From the NCBI GenBank assembly GCA_963843555.1, contig CAWJKV010000005.1, positions 1-64,000 of the forward strand: a DNA stretch of 64,000 nt, given 5' to 3'. Numbering within the stretch: the first letter of the stretch is position 1; each line of letters starts with the position of its first letter. The position numbers were made by a program, and so were the translations under genes. Positions 22,492 through 32,704 of this stretch are shown one piece after another. Below the pieces are notes generated by a model that had not been told where the DNA came from, made no database searches, and saw nothing but the letters and a program-made list of their open reading frames with translations. This DNA is from an uncultured Methanosarcinales archaeon. GTDB lineage: Archaea > Halobacteriota > Methanosarcinia > Methanotrichales > Methanotrichaceae.

Positions 22492-23187
22492 TCAGGTTAC
22501 AAAGTAGACTAGTACTGCCGTGGACTTCTCTCCTGTCCCCTTCCCGAGAAGCATCTCCTCCACCCAGTCCCAATCGTGCTCATAGATATGCGCCGAGGCA
22601 CTCGTGGTCGAGATCGAGCCCGGCTCTGCGTCGATCTCCCTGGCCACGTACTCCAGCACTCTGGCCAGGCCATAGAGATTGGCGGGATAGGCTCCGGCAA
22701 AGTCATGGCTGCGAAAGAAGATGGCGAGATTGAGGCTTCCGTCGCGCAGTTTGAAGTCGTCCACAATCATGCAGGGAACCTCATCCTTGACCGTATCCAC
22801 GGGCGGGATCCAGGTTACAGCCGTGGCCCGGCGCGTGGTGGATGCCTCTTTGAGGCGGCGAATGGCCTGCTCGATCTGGTCCAGCGGAGGCACGCCCGGT
22901 ACGGACCAGGCGCGCAGGCGTTCCCCATAGGTGTACTCGAAGCCCGGATTCGCGCCGCTCAAAAGCTGCCCGGCATACTCCTCCAGACGCTCCTCATTCC
23001 AGGAGTACTCCTTGGGAATCATCTCAGAATAGGGGTCTTCCACCACCACCTGCATAGAGAGCAACTCCCGAATCCTGGTGCCTCTCTCGTCAGTGATCTC
23101 CTGGCCCTGCCTCCAGATGAGATTCAGGCCCCGGTGCCAGGCATCGGAGATCGACTTCGCGCGAATAAATCTGCCCAGTTTCGCCAT
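22492..23187 (-). CDS. thyA: Archaeal thymidylate synthase
   Basis: FEYTYGERLR, TRRA, VPC, FRSHD, YPANL, SAHIYE. Confidence 0.9.
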   Translation of the reverse strand: MAKLGRFIRAKSISDAWHRGLNLIWRQGQEITDERGTRIRELLSMQVVVEDPYSEMIPKEYSWNEERLEEYAGQLLSGANPGFEYTYGERLRAWSVPGVPPLDQIEQAIRRLKEASTTRRATAVTWIPPVDTVKDEVPCMIVDDFKLRDGSLNLAIFFRSHDFAGAYPANLYGLARVLEYVAREIDAEPGSISTTSASAHIYEHDWDWVEEMLLGKGTGEKSTAVLVYFVT

Positions 23188-23233
23188 TTTTTTAAACTCC
23201 ATCCCTGCCAATTCAAGGATTTATCATGCGGAG

Positions 23234-23383
23234 CTATCTGCTCTTCAGCTCAGCCAGCACCCCAGGAGGAAAAGCTTTGACAATGTCAATCTTCTTGACA
23301 CGGCGCGTGGCGATGCCGTACTGTTTGGCCAGCATCTTCAGCTCCCTCATGCAGTAAAGCTTGGCGACTTCCTCATCATCCAT
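23234..23383 (-). CDS. 49-aa small protein, helix-extension-helix (Rho-N/SAP-like) pattern
   Basis: MDDEEVAKLYCMRELKMLAKQYGIATRRVKKIDIVKAFPPGVLAELKSR; GGAG RBS and TTAAT box upstream. Confidence 0.6.
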   Translation of the reverse strand: MDDEEVAKLYCMRELKMLAKQYGIATRRVKKIDIVKAFPPGVLAELKSR

Positions 23384-23494
23384 AGCAAATGCTACTCTCC
23401 GGCCGAGTACATTAAGTTTTTTCAGATTAATCTAGATCCTCCGGCCAATTGCCAGGCCTTCCGCCCATGTCGCTGGCCTTCAGCCAGGCCGGAT

Positions 23495-23702
23495 TCAGGC
23501 TTTTAGCCAGGCCAGATGGTACAACTCCAGGCCCAGACCGCCGTAGCTGAACCTTATGCCAATCAGTCCGTTATGTACCATCAATAATATCAATATTAAT
23601 ATAACCTCCAGAAGGATGAGCAGAGCTATGAGAACGAAGCCAAACCCTGGCATCCGGATAACCTCAATGACGAAATCCCACAAAGTCCTTCCCACTACCA
23701 TA
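23495..23702 (-). CDS. Small membrane protein
   Basis: Long hydrophobic stretch FVLIALLILLEVILILILLMV. Confidence 0.5.
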
Positions 23703-23850
23703 CGACCCTCACTCACAGAGCGCACCAGCGGATGTTATGTTGCGGAGTTATTAAAGCGTTAGAATGCAAGCGGAGCGAAAGTAATCAGGGAGACAGGAAG
23801 AGGGAAGAGAGGAAAACATTTTTTTAAAAGAGCATCGAACATTTGTTCCA

Positions 23851-24411
23851 ATGGGCGACTTCGAGTGGGCACTGGTCGATGCCCTGAACTCATTCTTCGA
23901 GAAGGAAGGTATATTGGCCATAGCCTATCGTCTCCGTCAGTCGCGCTTTGCTGCGCAGCTGGTGGATATCCTGGTGGACTCCAAAAATCCCGAGTACTAT
24001 CTGGCCATCGAGTGCAAGAGCCTGGATGCACGCAAGACGAAATCGCTTTATTTCAAGCAGCACTTCAGCCTCGCCGCAGGCAGCCACCAGATGACGCGAG
24101 AGACGGATTTCATCACCCGCTCGGGCAGGCAGGGCATACTGGCAGTAGAGCTCCGCCATGGCGCCGGGAAAAGCAGAACGGCGCACCTCGTCCCCTGGGG
24201 GCAAATCTTCCAGAGCTACGATGCGGGAAAGGCGGGTATACCCATCCAGGAGATCGAGATCAACCCCCCTCTGGAAAGGAAGAATGGAGCCTACAGGATC
24301 TCCCGGCTGGACATAGTGCGCATCTCAGGATACTATGATCTGGCTTTAGAGAGCGACTTTCTGGAAAGCGACCAATCTTATGAGGAGCGAGAGAATGAAG
24401 AATTTAGTTAG
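23851..24411 (+). CDS. PD-(D/E)XK nuclease, Holliday-junction-resolvase-like
   Basis: GDFE, VDILVD...LAIECKS motif. Confidence 0.7.
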   Translation: MGDFEWALVDALNSFFEKEGILAIAYRLRQSRFAAQLVDILVDSKNPEYYLAIECKSLDARKTKSLYFKQHFSLAAGSHQMTRETDFITRSGRQGILAVELRHGAGKSRTAHLVPWGQIFQSYDAGKAGIPIQEIEINPPLERKNGAYRISRLDIVRISGYYDLALESDFLESDQSYEERENEEFS

Positions 24412-24645
24412 GGAATTTAGTTAGGGCATAAGGCCCCCCCTCCTTCAGAGAGGCCTCGTTGACTCGCGGAGTTGGCGGGAGTTGCACGCAGTCGCACATG
24501 GATGAAAGGATGTCCCTGGTTCTTCAAAACGTCACGCTTCGGGTTGAACTGGCGTTCAAAGCATTCTTAAGAAGAGTCAATCTGGATGGGAGCCCGGATA
24601 TCCAAGGTTCAAAGGAAAGAGTAGATAAAACAGCATCACGTCTTA

Positions 24646-24775
24646 TGGGCTTCCAGGGGCTGGGCTCGCATGTGGACGAGCGCTCACGGGCCCAGACGGG
24701 CATAGGCTGGCAGCCGCGGTGCAGAGCAGGAATGGCAGGGGCGAACATGGCGAGGAAGATAGAAGAAGGGATGAG
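24646..24775 (+). repeat. Degenerate ~130-bp direct repeat, copy A
   Basis: GGGCTCGCATGTGGACGAGCGCTC...GCAGGAATGGCAGGGGCGA...GGGATGAG aligns with 27633-27761. Confidence 0.75.
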
Positions 24776-24992
24776 ACCGCAATTTCAGCCATTATAAGAA
24801 TGAAAATCAGGTAAAACTGAAGTGGTTGCTGCTATCGATCAATTGATCTTATGCTATCGATTCCGCAAATATGGAACGTGGAGCGCACCATAAGGGAGTT
24901 TGAGGTGGAAAGTATCCTTATAATAATATTTTGCTGTTTAAAGCATATCGAAAAAAAGGGGAGGAATTTCAGGTTATACATACTGCTTGGAG

Positions 24993-25974
24993 CTAAGATG
25001 AGTCAGTGTATCCTAGCTCCTTGGCTCTCGCGTAGGCTGCATCTGCCTCAGAGTTTTGGCCTAGAGCCTTGAGGGCTCGACCTTTGAGCTTCCAGGGTTG
25101 AGGATCTTTGGGATTTATTTGAAGGGCTTTATCAAAAGCCTCGACGGCTTCCTTATGCCGTCCCATCTCTTCTGAAGCGGAGAACATATCCTTTCATCTT
25201 CCAAGCCATTTCATTCTTCGGATCAGCATTGGTGGCATTATCCAGCGCCTTGATGGCATCCTCGTATCTGCCTTGCTCCTGAAGAACGATGCCTTTCATG
25301 AGCCCATGCTTGCGATAAATTCTCGGTTGAGTTGGCCGCCTCGATGTCACTGTCTACAGTCTCAAGGGATTTATCATAGGCTTTGGCGGATTCGTTCTTC
25401 CTTCCTAGCGCTGCAAGAGCTTGGCCTTTGCCTCTGAGAGGCTCCTATATTGGAAGGATCGATCTCCAATGCCTTATCGTACGACCCTACAGCTTCTTCA
25501 AATTTATGTTGCGAGAGCGAGAACAGTTACCTCTTGCCCTGCCATGCGTTTGCATCTCTTGGGTTCAGCTCCAGGGCCTTATCGAAGGAGTTGAGGGACT
25601 CATTGCTCTCTGTCCTAGATCAACTAGAATAAAGCCCTTACTTCATCCAAGCATCTGTATAGTTTGGATCTATCTGGATAGCTTTGTCGTAAGCCTTAAT
25701 GGCTTCGTTCTTCGGCCTAGTGGTGCTTGCTCCTGCCAACACTGAGTCCGTAGGCCATGGCGTTCAATCCTTGGCCCTTGGCCAGCCAGAGCGTTGCATT
25801 TGATGGAGCTATCTCCAAAGCTTTGTCCAAGGCTTTGACAGCCTCATCATAAGATCCATTTCTCTGTAGTTCCTGGCTTTTTTTATACCAGCCTTCTGCG
25901 GTATTCTCCTGAGCCATAGAGGAAGCGCAGAGCATAGCTACAGCTAACAAAGCGACGGCAAATACTGCTTTCAT
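24993..25974 (-). CDS. Secreted TPR-repeat protein (multiple frameshifts; possible pseudogene)
   Basis: Signal peptide MKAVFAVALL; repeated EA..AFDKAL.I.P...W..KG motifs across frames. Confidence 0.75.
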
Positions 25975-26306
25975 TTGCAAACCACCTTTAACCTCACCAT
26001 TTTGTTCAATTTAACGCCCCCATCAGTTAGTCTTTCACCAAAATTAGGGTAACACTAATCCCACCAGCTCCCACCAACTATTAACGTTTCAACTTACGGC
26101 ATTTGACGTATTAGGACATGATGTGCATATAAATCTTATGGAGGTCGAAGTTCTGCTAGAAAATTTTCATGCTGGGTTCTCATCCCAAGCATGTAATCTC
26201 ATATTTTCAGAAACAACATCTATAGGCTATATCATGAATAGTATCGTTCAGTGCTTACCAGTATGGCTTTCCCTAAGCACTCGGAAATCTGGCCTTAAGA
26301 TCGACT

Positions 26307-26741
26307 TTACGGGTCTCTCAACTGAGCCTTTTTCACAATGGCTTCAACCTCATCCATAAACTCAGGTTGGCGCATCTCTTCCAGCTCCTCGGGCGTATAA
26401 TACTCTTCCCATGTCTTCGGCTTGATTGTGAGCACGTAACGGCCGTTCCGCTCGGTTTTATCGATGTGGACCATACCGGCTCTCTCCAGCCGCCTGGCTG
26501 CTGCGTATGTCTTGCCGGTGCTCCAGCCCATCGCCTTTGCCAGAGAATAGACGCTTTCACCTGGCTGCTTATCTACCACTCCATAAAGTTCCAGGTCGGT
26601 TTCAACTCCCTTGTTTTCTACGGCGGCGATAGCGGTCTTGATCGTTGTGGCACTCATAAGAATCCTTGCGGCTAAAGCCGCTATAGCGGTTTTACTATTC
26701 AACCTATTTAAATGTTCTTTTAGGCTCATTTGGGAATCCAT
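26307..26741 (-). CDS. Winged-HTH DNA-binding protein
   Basis: PGESVYSLAKAMGWSTGKTYAAARRLERAGMV. Confidence 0.75.
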   Translation of the reverse strand: MDSQMSLKEHLNRLNSKTAIAALAARILMSATTIKTAIAAVENKGVETDLELYGVVDKQPGESVYSLAKAMGWSTGKTYAAARRLERAGMVHIDKTERNGRYVLTIKPKTWEEYYTPEELEEMRQPEFMDEVEAIVKKAQLRDP

Positions 26742-26778
26742 AGAAACATATTTAATCCTTTTAAGCTATTCTGAAGTG

Positions 26779-27036
26779 ATGATTGGAACCATAGAACGGC
26801 TGGTTTTGACTAGCATTTGCAGAGCGACGAAAATCAGCAAATCAGCCCACGTTCCTAAGCCCTATTTCATGAAGAAATTCCAGGCTGACAAGCATCAGAA
26901 AAAAGCGGCCGATAAAGCACTCCTCCTCTTGATAGCTCGCGGATATGTTCGGCAACATCCTACTAAGGGTGAGATGACATATGAGCTGACCAATGCTGGG
27001 TTGGATCTATGTCGCGAAATATTCAATAAAAAATAA
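26779..27036 (+). CDS. Small basic wHTH-like protein
   Basis: ADKALLLLIARGYVRQHP...YELTNAG. Confidence 0.6.
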   Translation: MIGTIERLVLTSICRATKISKSAHVPKPYFMKKFQADKHQKKAADKALLLLIARGYVRQHPTKGEMTYELTNAGLDLCREIFNKK

Positions 27037-27632
27037 ATCCCCAATATGAAATTGTATGCACTCATCGCGGATGTTGTATATAGTAGAGTATACAACCACC
27101 AAGGCTGTTCAGGACTTTTCCTGCTCGCACATATTATTATAAATACTAGTCGGACCTCGCAAGCCATGGAGTTGGGCGCCGAATTCTATCGTGATTTTTG
27201 ATTTCGGACAATGCCGGTTAATCGATAACAGGCAATTGTCGTAAATTCATTCCAAAGACTGTGAAATGGCCAGGTAGGAAGAAGTGATTTTAGAGCCATT
27301 TAGAAGCAGGCAGGGATAAGAGGAGCGAATCCTGCAGGTTACACGCACTGCGCCATCCCGTGGTCGGAATCAGCCTGCAAGTCCCTGCGCGAAGTCATTA
27401 TGCCAAGTGAATTCAGTGCGAATTCCTTCCGAGATATTTCGTCCCATTGAACTGTCTTCAAGAAACGACCGGACCTCATCACATGCTGCTATCCTAAAAT
27501 GAAATTCCTTCAGGCGTTTGAGTCGATAGTGTAGCTCAATCGCTCCACCGATCCCAAGACTTCTCTTTTCAATTCCAGTGGAGCATCATTTTCTATGAAC
27601 CAGACTGGCTGAGGCCCTCATGCTCAAAGACG

Positions 27633-27761
27633 TGGGCGGTCAGGGGTCCGGGCTCGCATGCGGACGAGCGCTCGCATTCGCGGGCGGCCAGGGCCTTGCG
27701 GCCACGGTACAGTGCAGGATGGCAGGGCGATCGTGGCAAGGGAGATCGAGAGGGGGATGAG
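27633..27761 (+). repeat. Degenerate ~130-bp direct repeat, copy B
   Basis: GGGCTCGCATGCGGACGAGCGCTC...GCAGGATGGCAGGGCGA...GGGATGAG. Confidence 0.75.
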
Positions 27762-27946
27762 GTTGTATTGACGAGACCTACAAGAACCTGTGTGTCGGTT
27801 CTAATCATGGTCTGTTTCTCCTGCCAGTAAAATGGCCTTATGTCCTGCTATATTCTGCCGGGCTCATCCCTATGTCTTGAAGAGCGAGAGCATATGAACA
27901 GGTTCATTGGATTAACCTTTTATTCCAGCCCACATTTGCTTAAACC

Positions 27947-28459
27947 ATGAAGCTTCCGGGCACGGCGACAGAGGAGGAAAACATCTACATCGCCATGGGA
28001 AAGCTCTGCATCCAGCCGGGCAATGTCTTCCTGGATATAGGCTGCGGCTCGGGTGCCGTCTCCCTGGCGGCCTCTCGCTACACAGACAGGATCTTCGGCC
28101 TCGACTCGCGACCGGAGGCGGTGGAGATCAGCAGGGCGAAAGTTCCCGGCGGTGCTTTTTTCCAGGGATTGGCAACCGAGCTCCTGCCGGGGCTTCCCAG
28201 GGTAGACAGATGCTTCATCGGCGGCACGCGCCAGATCGATGAATTCCTGCCTCTCCTGCTGCAAAGGGCAGCGCCCGGCTGCATTATTGTGGCCAACCTG
28301 GCCCGAATCGGCATTGCCTCCCATGTGGCTGAGATGATGTTGGAGCAGGGAATATTTCAGGAGCTTATTCAGATTCACATCCTGCGGGGCTACACTCTTG
28401 CAGGAGATATAGCCCTAAAGCCTGTAAACCCCATTTTCATGGTGATTGGTAAATGTTGA
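27947..28459 (+). CDS. cbiT: Cobalt-precorrin-6B C15-methyltransferase
   Basis: LDIGCGSGAV SAM motif, NPIFMV; first gene of the cbi operon. Confidence 0.85.
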   Translation: MKLPGTATEEENIYIAMGKLCIQPGNVFLDIGCGSGAVSLAASRYTDRIFGLDSRPEAVEISRAKVPGGAFFQGLATELLPGLPRVDRCFIGGTRQIDEFLPLLLQRAAPGCIIVANLARIGIASHVAEMMLEQGIFQELIQIHILRGYTLAGDIALKPVNPIFMVIGKC

Positions 28460-29061
28460 TCGGCATAAGCCTTGGCCCCGGCGACCCTGAGCTCTTGACC
28501 TTCAAGGCGGCTGCGGCCCTGAAGAAATGCACAAAGGTCTTTGTGCCAGGAATGATGGCAGCAGAGCTTGCCCGACCCTTTTCTAACCCAGAGATCCTGG
28601 AGTTCCCCATGATCGAGGACGAGATAGAGCTGGAGAGGATCTGGCGCCTGAATGCGGACACCATCGCCAGCTACGCGGCCGCCGGCCTGGCTGGATTTGC
28701 CTGCATTGGTGACGTCAACACCTTCTCCACCTTCAGCCATCTCCAGAGAGTGATCAGGCAAAACCATCCAACGCTGAAAATTGAGACCATTCCCGGCGTG
28801 GGAGTTGTTCCTGCTCTTGCCTCTCGTTTTGGTGCCGCCCTGGACAGATCCTTTGAGGTCTCGGACGGCTCCGATGTGGAATCAGTTATCAGGATAAAGG
28901 CGACGAGACCCAAAGAGCTGGCCGAAGAGCTGCGCCGGAGGGGATTTGAGGAGTTCGTGCTGGGCACAAGGCTCTGCCTGCCCGGGGAGAAGATCATTCG
29001 GGGAGAGATGCCGGAGAGGAGCGACTACTTCAGCGTCCTTCTGGCCCGGAGGCGGAAGTGA
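28453..29061 (+). CDS. cbiL: Cobalt-factor II C20-methyltransferase
   Basis: [33 protein letters not shown]. Confidence 0.88.
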   Translation: MLIGISLGPGDPELLTFKAAAALKKCTKVFVPGMMAAELARPFSNPEILEFPMIEDEIELERIWRLNADTIASYAAAGLAGFACIGDVNTFSTFSHLQRVIRQNHPTLKIETIPGVGVVPALASRFGAALDRSFEVSDGSDVESVIRIKATRPKELAEELRRRGFEEFVLGTRLCLPGEKIIRGEMPERSDYFSVLLARRRK

Positions 29062-29768
29062 AGGTCTACTTCGTGGGAGCAGGGCCTGGAGACCCGGATC
29101 TGATCACAGTTAAGGGCAAGAGACTGCTGGAGGAGGCGGATCTGGTGATATTTGCCGGCTCCCTGGTCAATCCGGCGCTCCTGGAAGGGCTGAAAGCGGA
29201 GAAGATGGACAGCAATGGCGCTTCTCTGGAAGATACCTTCGCCAGGATCGTCGATTCCTTGCGGGCGGGAAAGAAGGTGGTGCGGCTGCATAGCGGTGAC
29301 CCGTCTCTCTACGGCGCCATCCTGGAGCAGATGAAGCCACTGGAAGAACTGGGCATAGAGGTGGAGGTTGTCCCTGGAGTCTCCTCCCTCTTTGCCGCCT
29401 CAGCCGCCCTGAAGACCCAGCTCACACTCAAAGGCGTCTCCGAGTCACTGATAGTGACAAGGCCCGCAGGAACTACTCTGGAAAAGGATGAGCTAGCAGC
29501 TCTGAGCCGGCACGGCACCACTCTGGCGGTCTTCTTAGGCATAGACAAGATCAGAGATATAGTCGACTCCCTGGACCGGCCGGGCGACACGCCTGTGGCC
29601 GTGGTCTACCATGCCTCCTGGCCGGATGAGAAGGTCCTGCTGGGAACTCTTCAAGACATCGCCGCAAAGGTGGAGGCAGCAAAGATAGACCGCAGCGCCC
29701 TCATACTGGTGGGGGAGGTCGTGAAGAGAACAGGATTTCGGAGGTCTCACCTATACCGGAATCGTTAA
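29058..29768 (+). CDS. cbiF: Cobalt-precorrin-4 C11-methyltransferase
   Basis: [48 protein letters not shown]. Confidence 0.92.
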   Translation: MKVYFVGAGPGDPDLITVKGKRLLEEADLVIFAGSLVNPALLEGLKAEKMDSNGASLEDTFARIVDSLRAGKKVVRLHSGDPSLYGAILEQMKPLEELGIEVEVVPGVSSLFAASAALKTQLTLKGVSESLIVTRPAGTTLEKDELAALSRHGTTLAVFLGIDKIRDIVDSLDRPGDTPVAVVYHASWPDEKVLLGTLQDIAAKVEAAKIDRSALILVGEVVKRTGFRRSHLYRNR

Positions 29769-29821
29769 AACTGAAATCGTTAGCCGTCCTGGTCTTCCCC
29801 CGAGACCGAGAGAAGGGAGAG

Positions 29822-30649
29822 ATGATAGTTCAGGCCTTAGGAGATCGCTACAGTCCCACTCTGGTCCTCTACGAGAAAGAGGAGATGGAAAGGCTGATGG
29901 AGAAGTTCGAGCTGATTGTGGCGGTTATGGCTGTGGGAATCGTGGTGAGAAGCCTCTGCGGCCAGCTCCGTGATAAGTGGACGGACAGGCCCGTGGTGGC
30001 CGTGGATTCGTCTCTTACCTGCGCTGTTCCCGTCGTGGGAGGCCATCACGGAGCCAATGAGCTGGCCCTCTTTCTGGCCAGCCGCCTGGGACTTCATCCT
30101 GCCATAACCACTGCCACCGACGCCTCCGGCCGGCCCTGCCTGGAGAGCGTGGCAAAGAGGCTCAGCTCAGAGGTCGTCAACAAGGAGGCCTCTAAATCCA
30201 TTAACCTGGCCTTTCTCGAAGCGGACGTGCCGGTTCTGAGGCTGAAAGGGCCCAAGATCGTGATGGTAGATGAGGATGTGGCCGTCTTGAAAGAAAAGGG
30301 CCTGGTGTTAGGCATTGGCGCTAGAAGAGGAGTGGGCTGTGCTGAGGTGCTGCAGGCCATAGATGCGGCATTAGGCGAAGCCGGCAAAAAGAGGAGCGAC
30401 ATCGGCATTCTGGCCACGGCCTGGCTGAAGAGAGACGAAAACGGTCTGATAGAAGCCGCTCGATCCCTGGGAAAGGAGATGATTTACCTCTCCCGGGAGG
30501 CTCTTAACTCTCAAGGACCCACCACGCCCTCCAGAGCTCGTGACCTGGGCCTTATAGGCGTGGCCGAGCCGGCAGTTCTGGCTCTGGCGACAAAGCTCAT
30601 TTTTCCCAAAAAAGCCTACGGGAGGGTGACGGTTGCCATCGGAGAGTAG
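29822..30649 (+). CDS. cbiG: Cobalt-precorrin-5A hydrolase (true start may be ~50 nt upstream)
   Basis: GIVVR, GGHHGANEL, ITTATD, GIGARRG, GVAEPA. Confidence 0.9.
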   Translation: MIVQALGDRYSPTLVLYEKEEMERLMEKFELIVAVMAVGIVVRSLCGQLRDKWTDRPVVAVDSSLTCAVPVVGGHHGANELALFLASRLGLHPAITTATDASGRPCLESVAKRLSSEVVNKEASKSINLAFLEADVPVLRLKGPKIVMVDEDVAVLKEKGLVLGIGARRGVGCAEVLQAIDAALGEAGKKRSDIGILATAWLKRDENGLIEAARSLGKEMIYLSREALNSQGPTTPSRARDLGLIGVAEPAVLALATKLIFPKKAYGRVTVAIGE

Positions 30650-30665
30650 ACGATCGGATATCGGT

Positions 30666-32060
30666 TTGGAGCATAAATTCTCCATCGTGGGGATCGGCCC
30701 GGGCGCGCCAAGCCTCCGCACTAAGGCGGCAGAAGATGCCATAAAGTCGGCAGACTTCGTAGTCGGCTACAGGCCCTATCTGGAGCTGATCAGTGACCTC
30801 TTGCCCGGCAAGAAGGTCTTCTCGGGCAGCATGGGAAAGGAAGTAGACCGGGTCCAGGCGGCCGTAGACCTCCTGGGCCAGGGATCCGTGGCCCTGGTGA
30901 GCAGCGGAGACCCCAATGTCTACGGCATGGCGGGCCTTGGCCTGGAGCTGGCAGTGCAGCCATCGGAGGTGACGATTGTGCCCGGCGTCACATCCTTCAC
31001 TGCCGCAGCATGCCGGGCCGGCCTGGCCTTCCGCGAATGCGCGGCCGTGATCAGCCTCAGTGACCTGCTGACACCCTGGCAGGAGATCGAGGGCCGCCTG
31101 CGACTGGCGGCGGAGTCGGAGATGCCAATCGCTCTTTACAACCCCCGCAGCAAGAGACGCGATTGGCAGCTCATACGCGCTCTGGACATCTGTGGCCAGA
31201 GGAATGTTCTCATTGCGAAAAACATTGGCCGGGAGGGAGAGGAGCTTTTCTGGACCACATCCGCCCAGCTCATGGAGATGGAATCTCTGCGGGAGAAGAT
31301 AGACATGACCACTCTCGTCATCGTCAGCGGCAGAGGGGCCTTCCAGGGAGATGCAGCCCGAGAGGCGCAAATGAACCTGGTGGGCATAGGCCCGGGAGAC
31401 CCGGAAAACCTGACCCGAGAGGCAGAGAGCATCTTGAAGAATTCGGTGAAGATCTTCGGGGCACAAAGATACCTGGAGCTGATTGGCGGCCTATCTCCGG
31501 CAGAGAGGGTTATCCACTCCGGCCCCTGCCCCAAGAGATCATTGGACCGCTTCGGGGAGGCAAGAGAGGTAGCAGAGGCGGGCAAGAAGGTATCCATCCT
31601 CACGGGTGGCGACCCGAGCATCTTTGGCTCCGGCTGGAGGATCATGGACCTGGCATTAGGAGATGTTCCTGTGCACAGCTCCCCGGGCATCAGCGCCTTC
31701 TCCTCTGTGGCCGCAAGAGCTGGAGCGCCTCTGGTAAACGACTTTGCTCTTCTCTCCAGCCCGGAAGACCCAGCCAGTCTCTCTCTGCTGGCAGCGGCCG
31801 GCTTTGGCGTCGTGGTCTACAATGTGAAAGGGCACGAGATTGCAGCTCTCTTGCAGGACGTCGATCCACTGCGGCCTGTCGTTCTGGCCAGAGATGTAGC
31901 TCGATATGGAGAAGAAGTGATGATCCTGAACGCTGAAGACCTGCTGGCCATAAATCCCCCCGGGTTTCGCTTCACCCTAATTGTCGCCTGTTCAAATTCC
32001 TGCATAAAAGAGGGAAGGATAATCACCAGAAGAGGATACCAGGCCAAATACAGCTACTAG
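30666..32060 (+). CDS. cbiH: Cobalt-precorrin-3 C17-methyltransferase with a second tetrapyrrole-methylase domain
   Basis: VGIGPG..VSSGDPNVYGMA..ISLSDLLTPW..LYNPRS, then a second VGIGPG..GGDP..GAPLVNDF..TRRGY. Confidence 0.85.
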   Translation: MEHKFSIVGIGPGAPSLRTKAAEDAIKSADFVVGYRPYLELISDLLPGKKVFSGSMGKEVDRVQAAVDLLGQGSVALVSSGDPNVYGMAGLGLELAVQPSEVTIVPGVTSFTAAACRAGLAFRECAAVISLSDLLTPWQEIEGRLRLAAESEMPIALYNPRSKRRDWQLIRALDICGQRNVLIAKNIGREGEELFWTTSAQLMEMESLREKIDMTTLVIVSGRGAFQGDAAREAQMNLVGIGPGDPENLTREAESILKNSVKIFGAQRYLELIGGLSPAERVIHSGPCPKRSLDRFGEAREVAEAGKKVSILTGGDPSIFGSGWRIMDLALGDVPVHSSPGISAFSSVAARAGAPLVNDFALLSSPEDPASLSLLAAAGFGVVVYNVKGHEIAALLQDVDPLRPVVLARDVARYGEEVMILNAEDLLAINPPGFRFTLIVACSNSCIKEGRIITRRGYQAKYSY

Positions 32061-32071
32061 AGCTGATTCAA

Positions 32072-32704
32072 ATGATGAAAGATTACACTGATATTGGAGC
32101 CACCACGCCCGAGGCTTTGGAGATAAGCAGAAAGAGCCGGCGGCTTATCTCGGAGATGATTGGAGATGAGAGCCTGGAAGACAGAATCACTCAGAGGTGT
32201 GTTATTGCCACGGGCGACCCGAGTGTTGCCGAGATTATGAGATTCCAGAAAGAGCCCGCCCAGGCAGGGTTGCATGCCCTGGAAAAGGGTGCGCATATTT
32301 ATGTGGACATAAAGATGGTGGAAGCGGGAGTTTTAAAGACCGGCCACCATAGCCCTATTGAGACCTTCATCGGCAAAGGCGACGACCTGGCCGCGGCACA
32401 GGGGATCACCCGCACCTCAGCCGGAGTTATGGCGTTGCAGGGTTTGCTGTCCGGATCCATAATAGTGATAGGAAATGCGCCTTCCGCCCTGCTCACTTTG
32501 TGCGAGCTCATGGAGTCGGGAAAGGTCTGGCCTGATCTGGTCATAGGGGTTCCTGTGGGCTTTGTCAACGCTCGCGAGAGCAAAGAGAGACTGAGAAAGA
32601 TCGATGTACCGTCCATATCCACGGCAGGCACGCGCGGCGGAACGCCAATTGCCGTTGCGGCCCTGAATGAGATCATAAATACATATGCCCGAAACCACCA
32701 CTGA
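32072..32704 (+). CDS. cbiC: Cobalt-precorrin-8 methylmutase
   Basis: GITRT, IGNAPSAL, GVPVGFVNARESKE, RGGTPIAVA. Confidence 0.92.
   Translation: MMKDYTDIGATTPEALEISRKSRRLISEMIGDESLEDRITQRCVIATGDPSVAEIMRFQKEPAQAGLHALEKGAHIYVDIKMVEAGVLKTGHHSPIETFIGKGDDLAAAQGITRTSAGVMALQGLLSGSIIVIGNAPSALLTLCELMESGKVWPDLVIGVPVGFVNARESKERLRKIDVPSISTAGTRGGTPIAVAALNEIINTYARNHH

Noticed and set aside
27571..27585. Mini-ORB TTCCAGTGGAG
   Set aside because: Isolated, no G-string, and ~9 kb from the origin; likely chance.
27040..27946. Cobalamin riboswitch upstream of the cbi operon
   Set aside because: No B12-box consensus recognisable.
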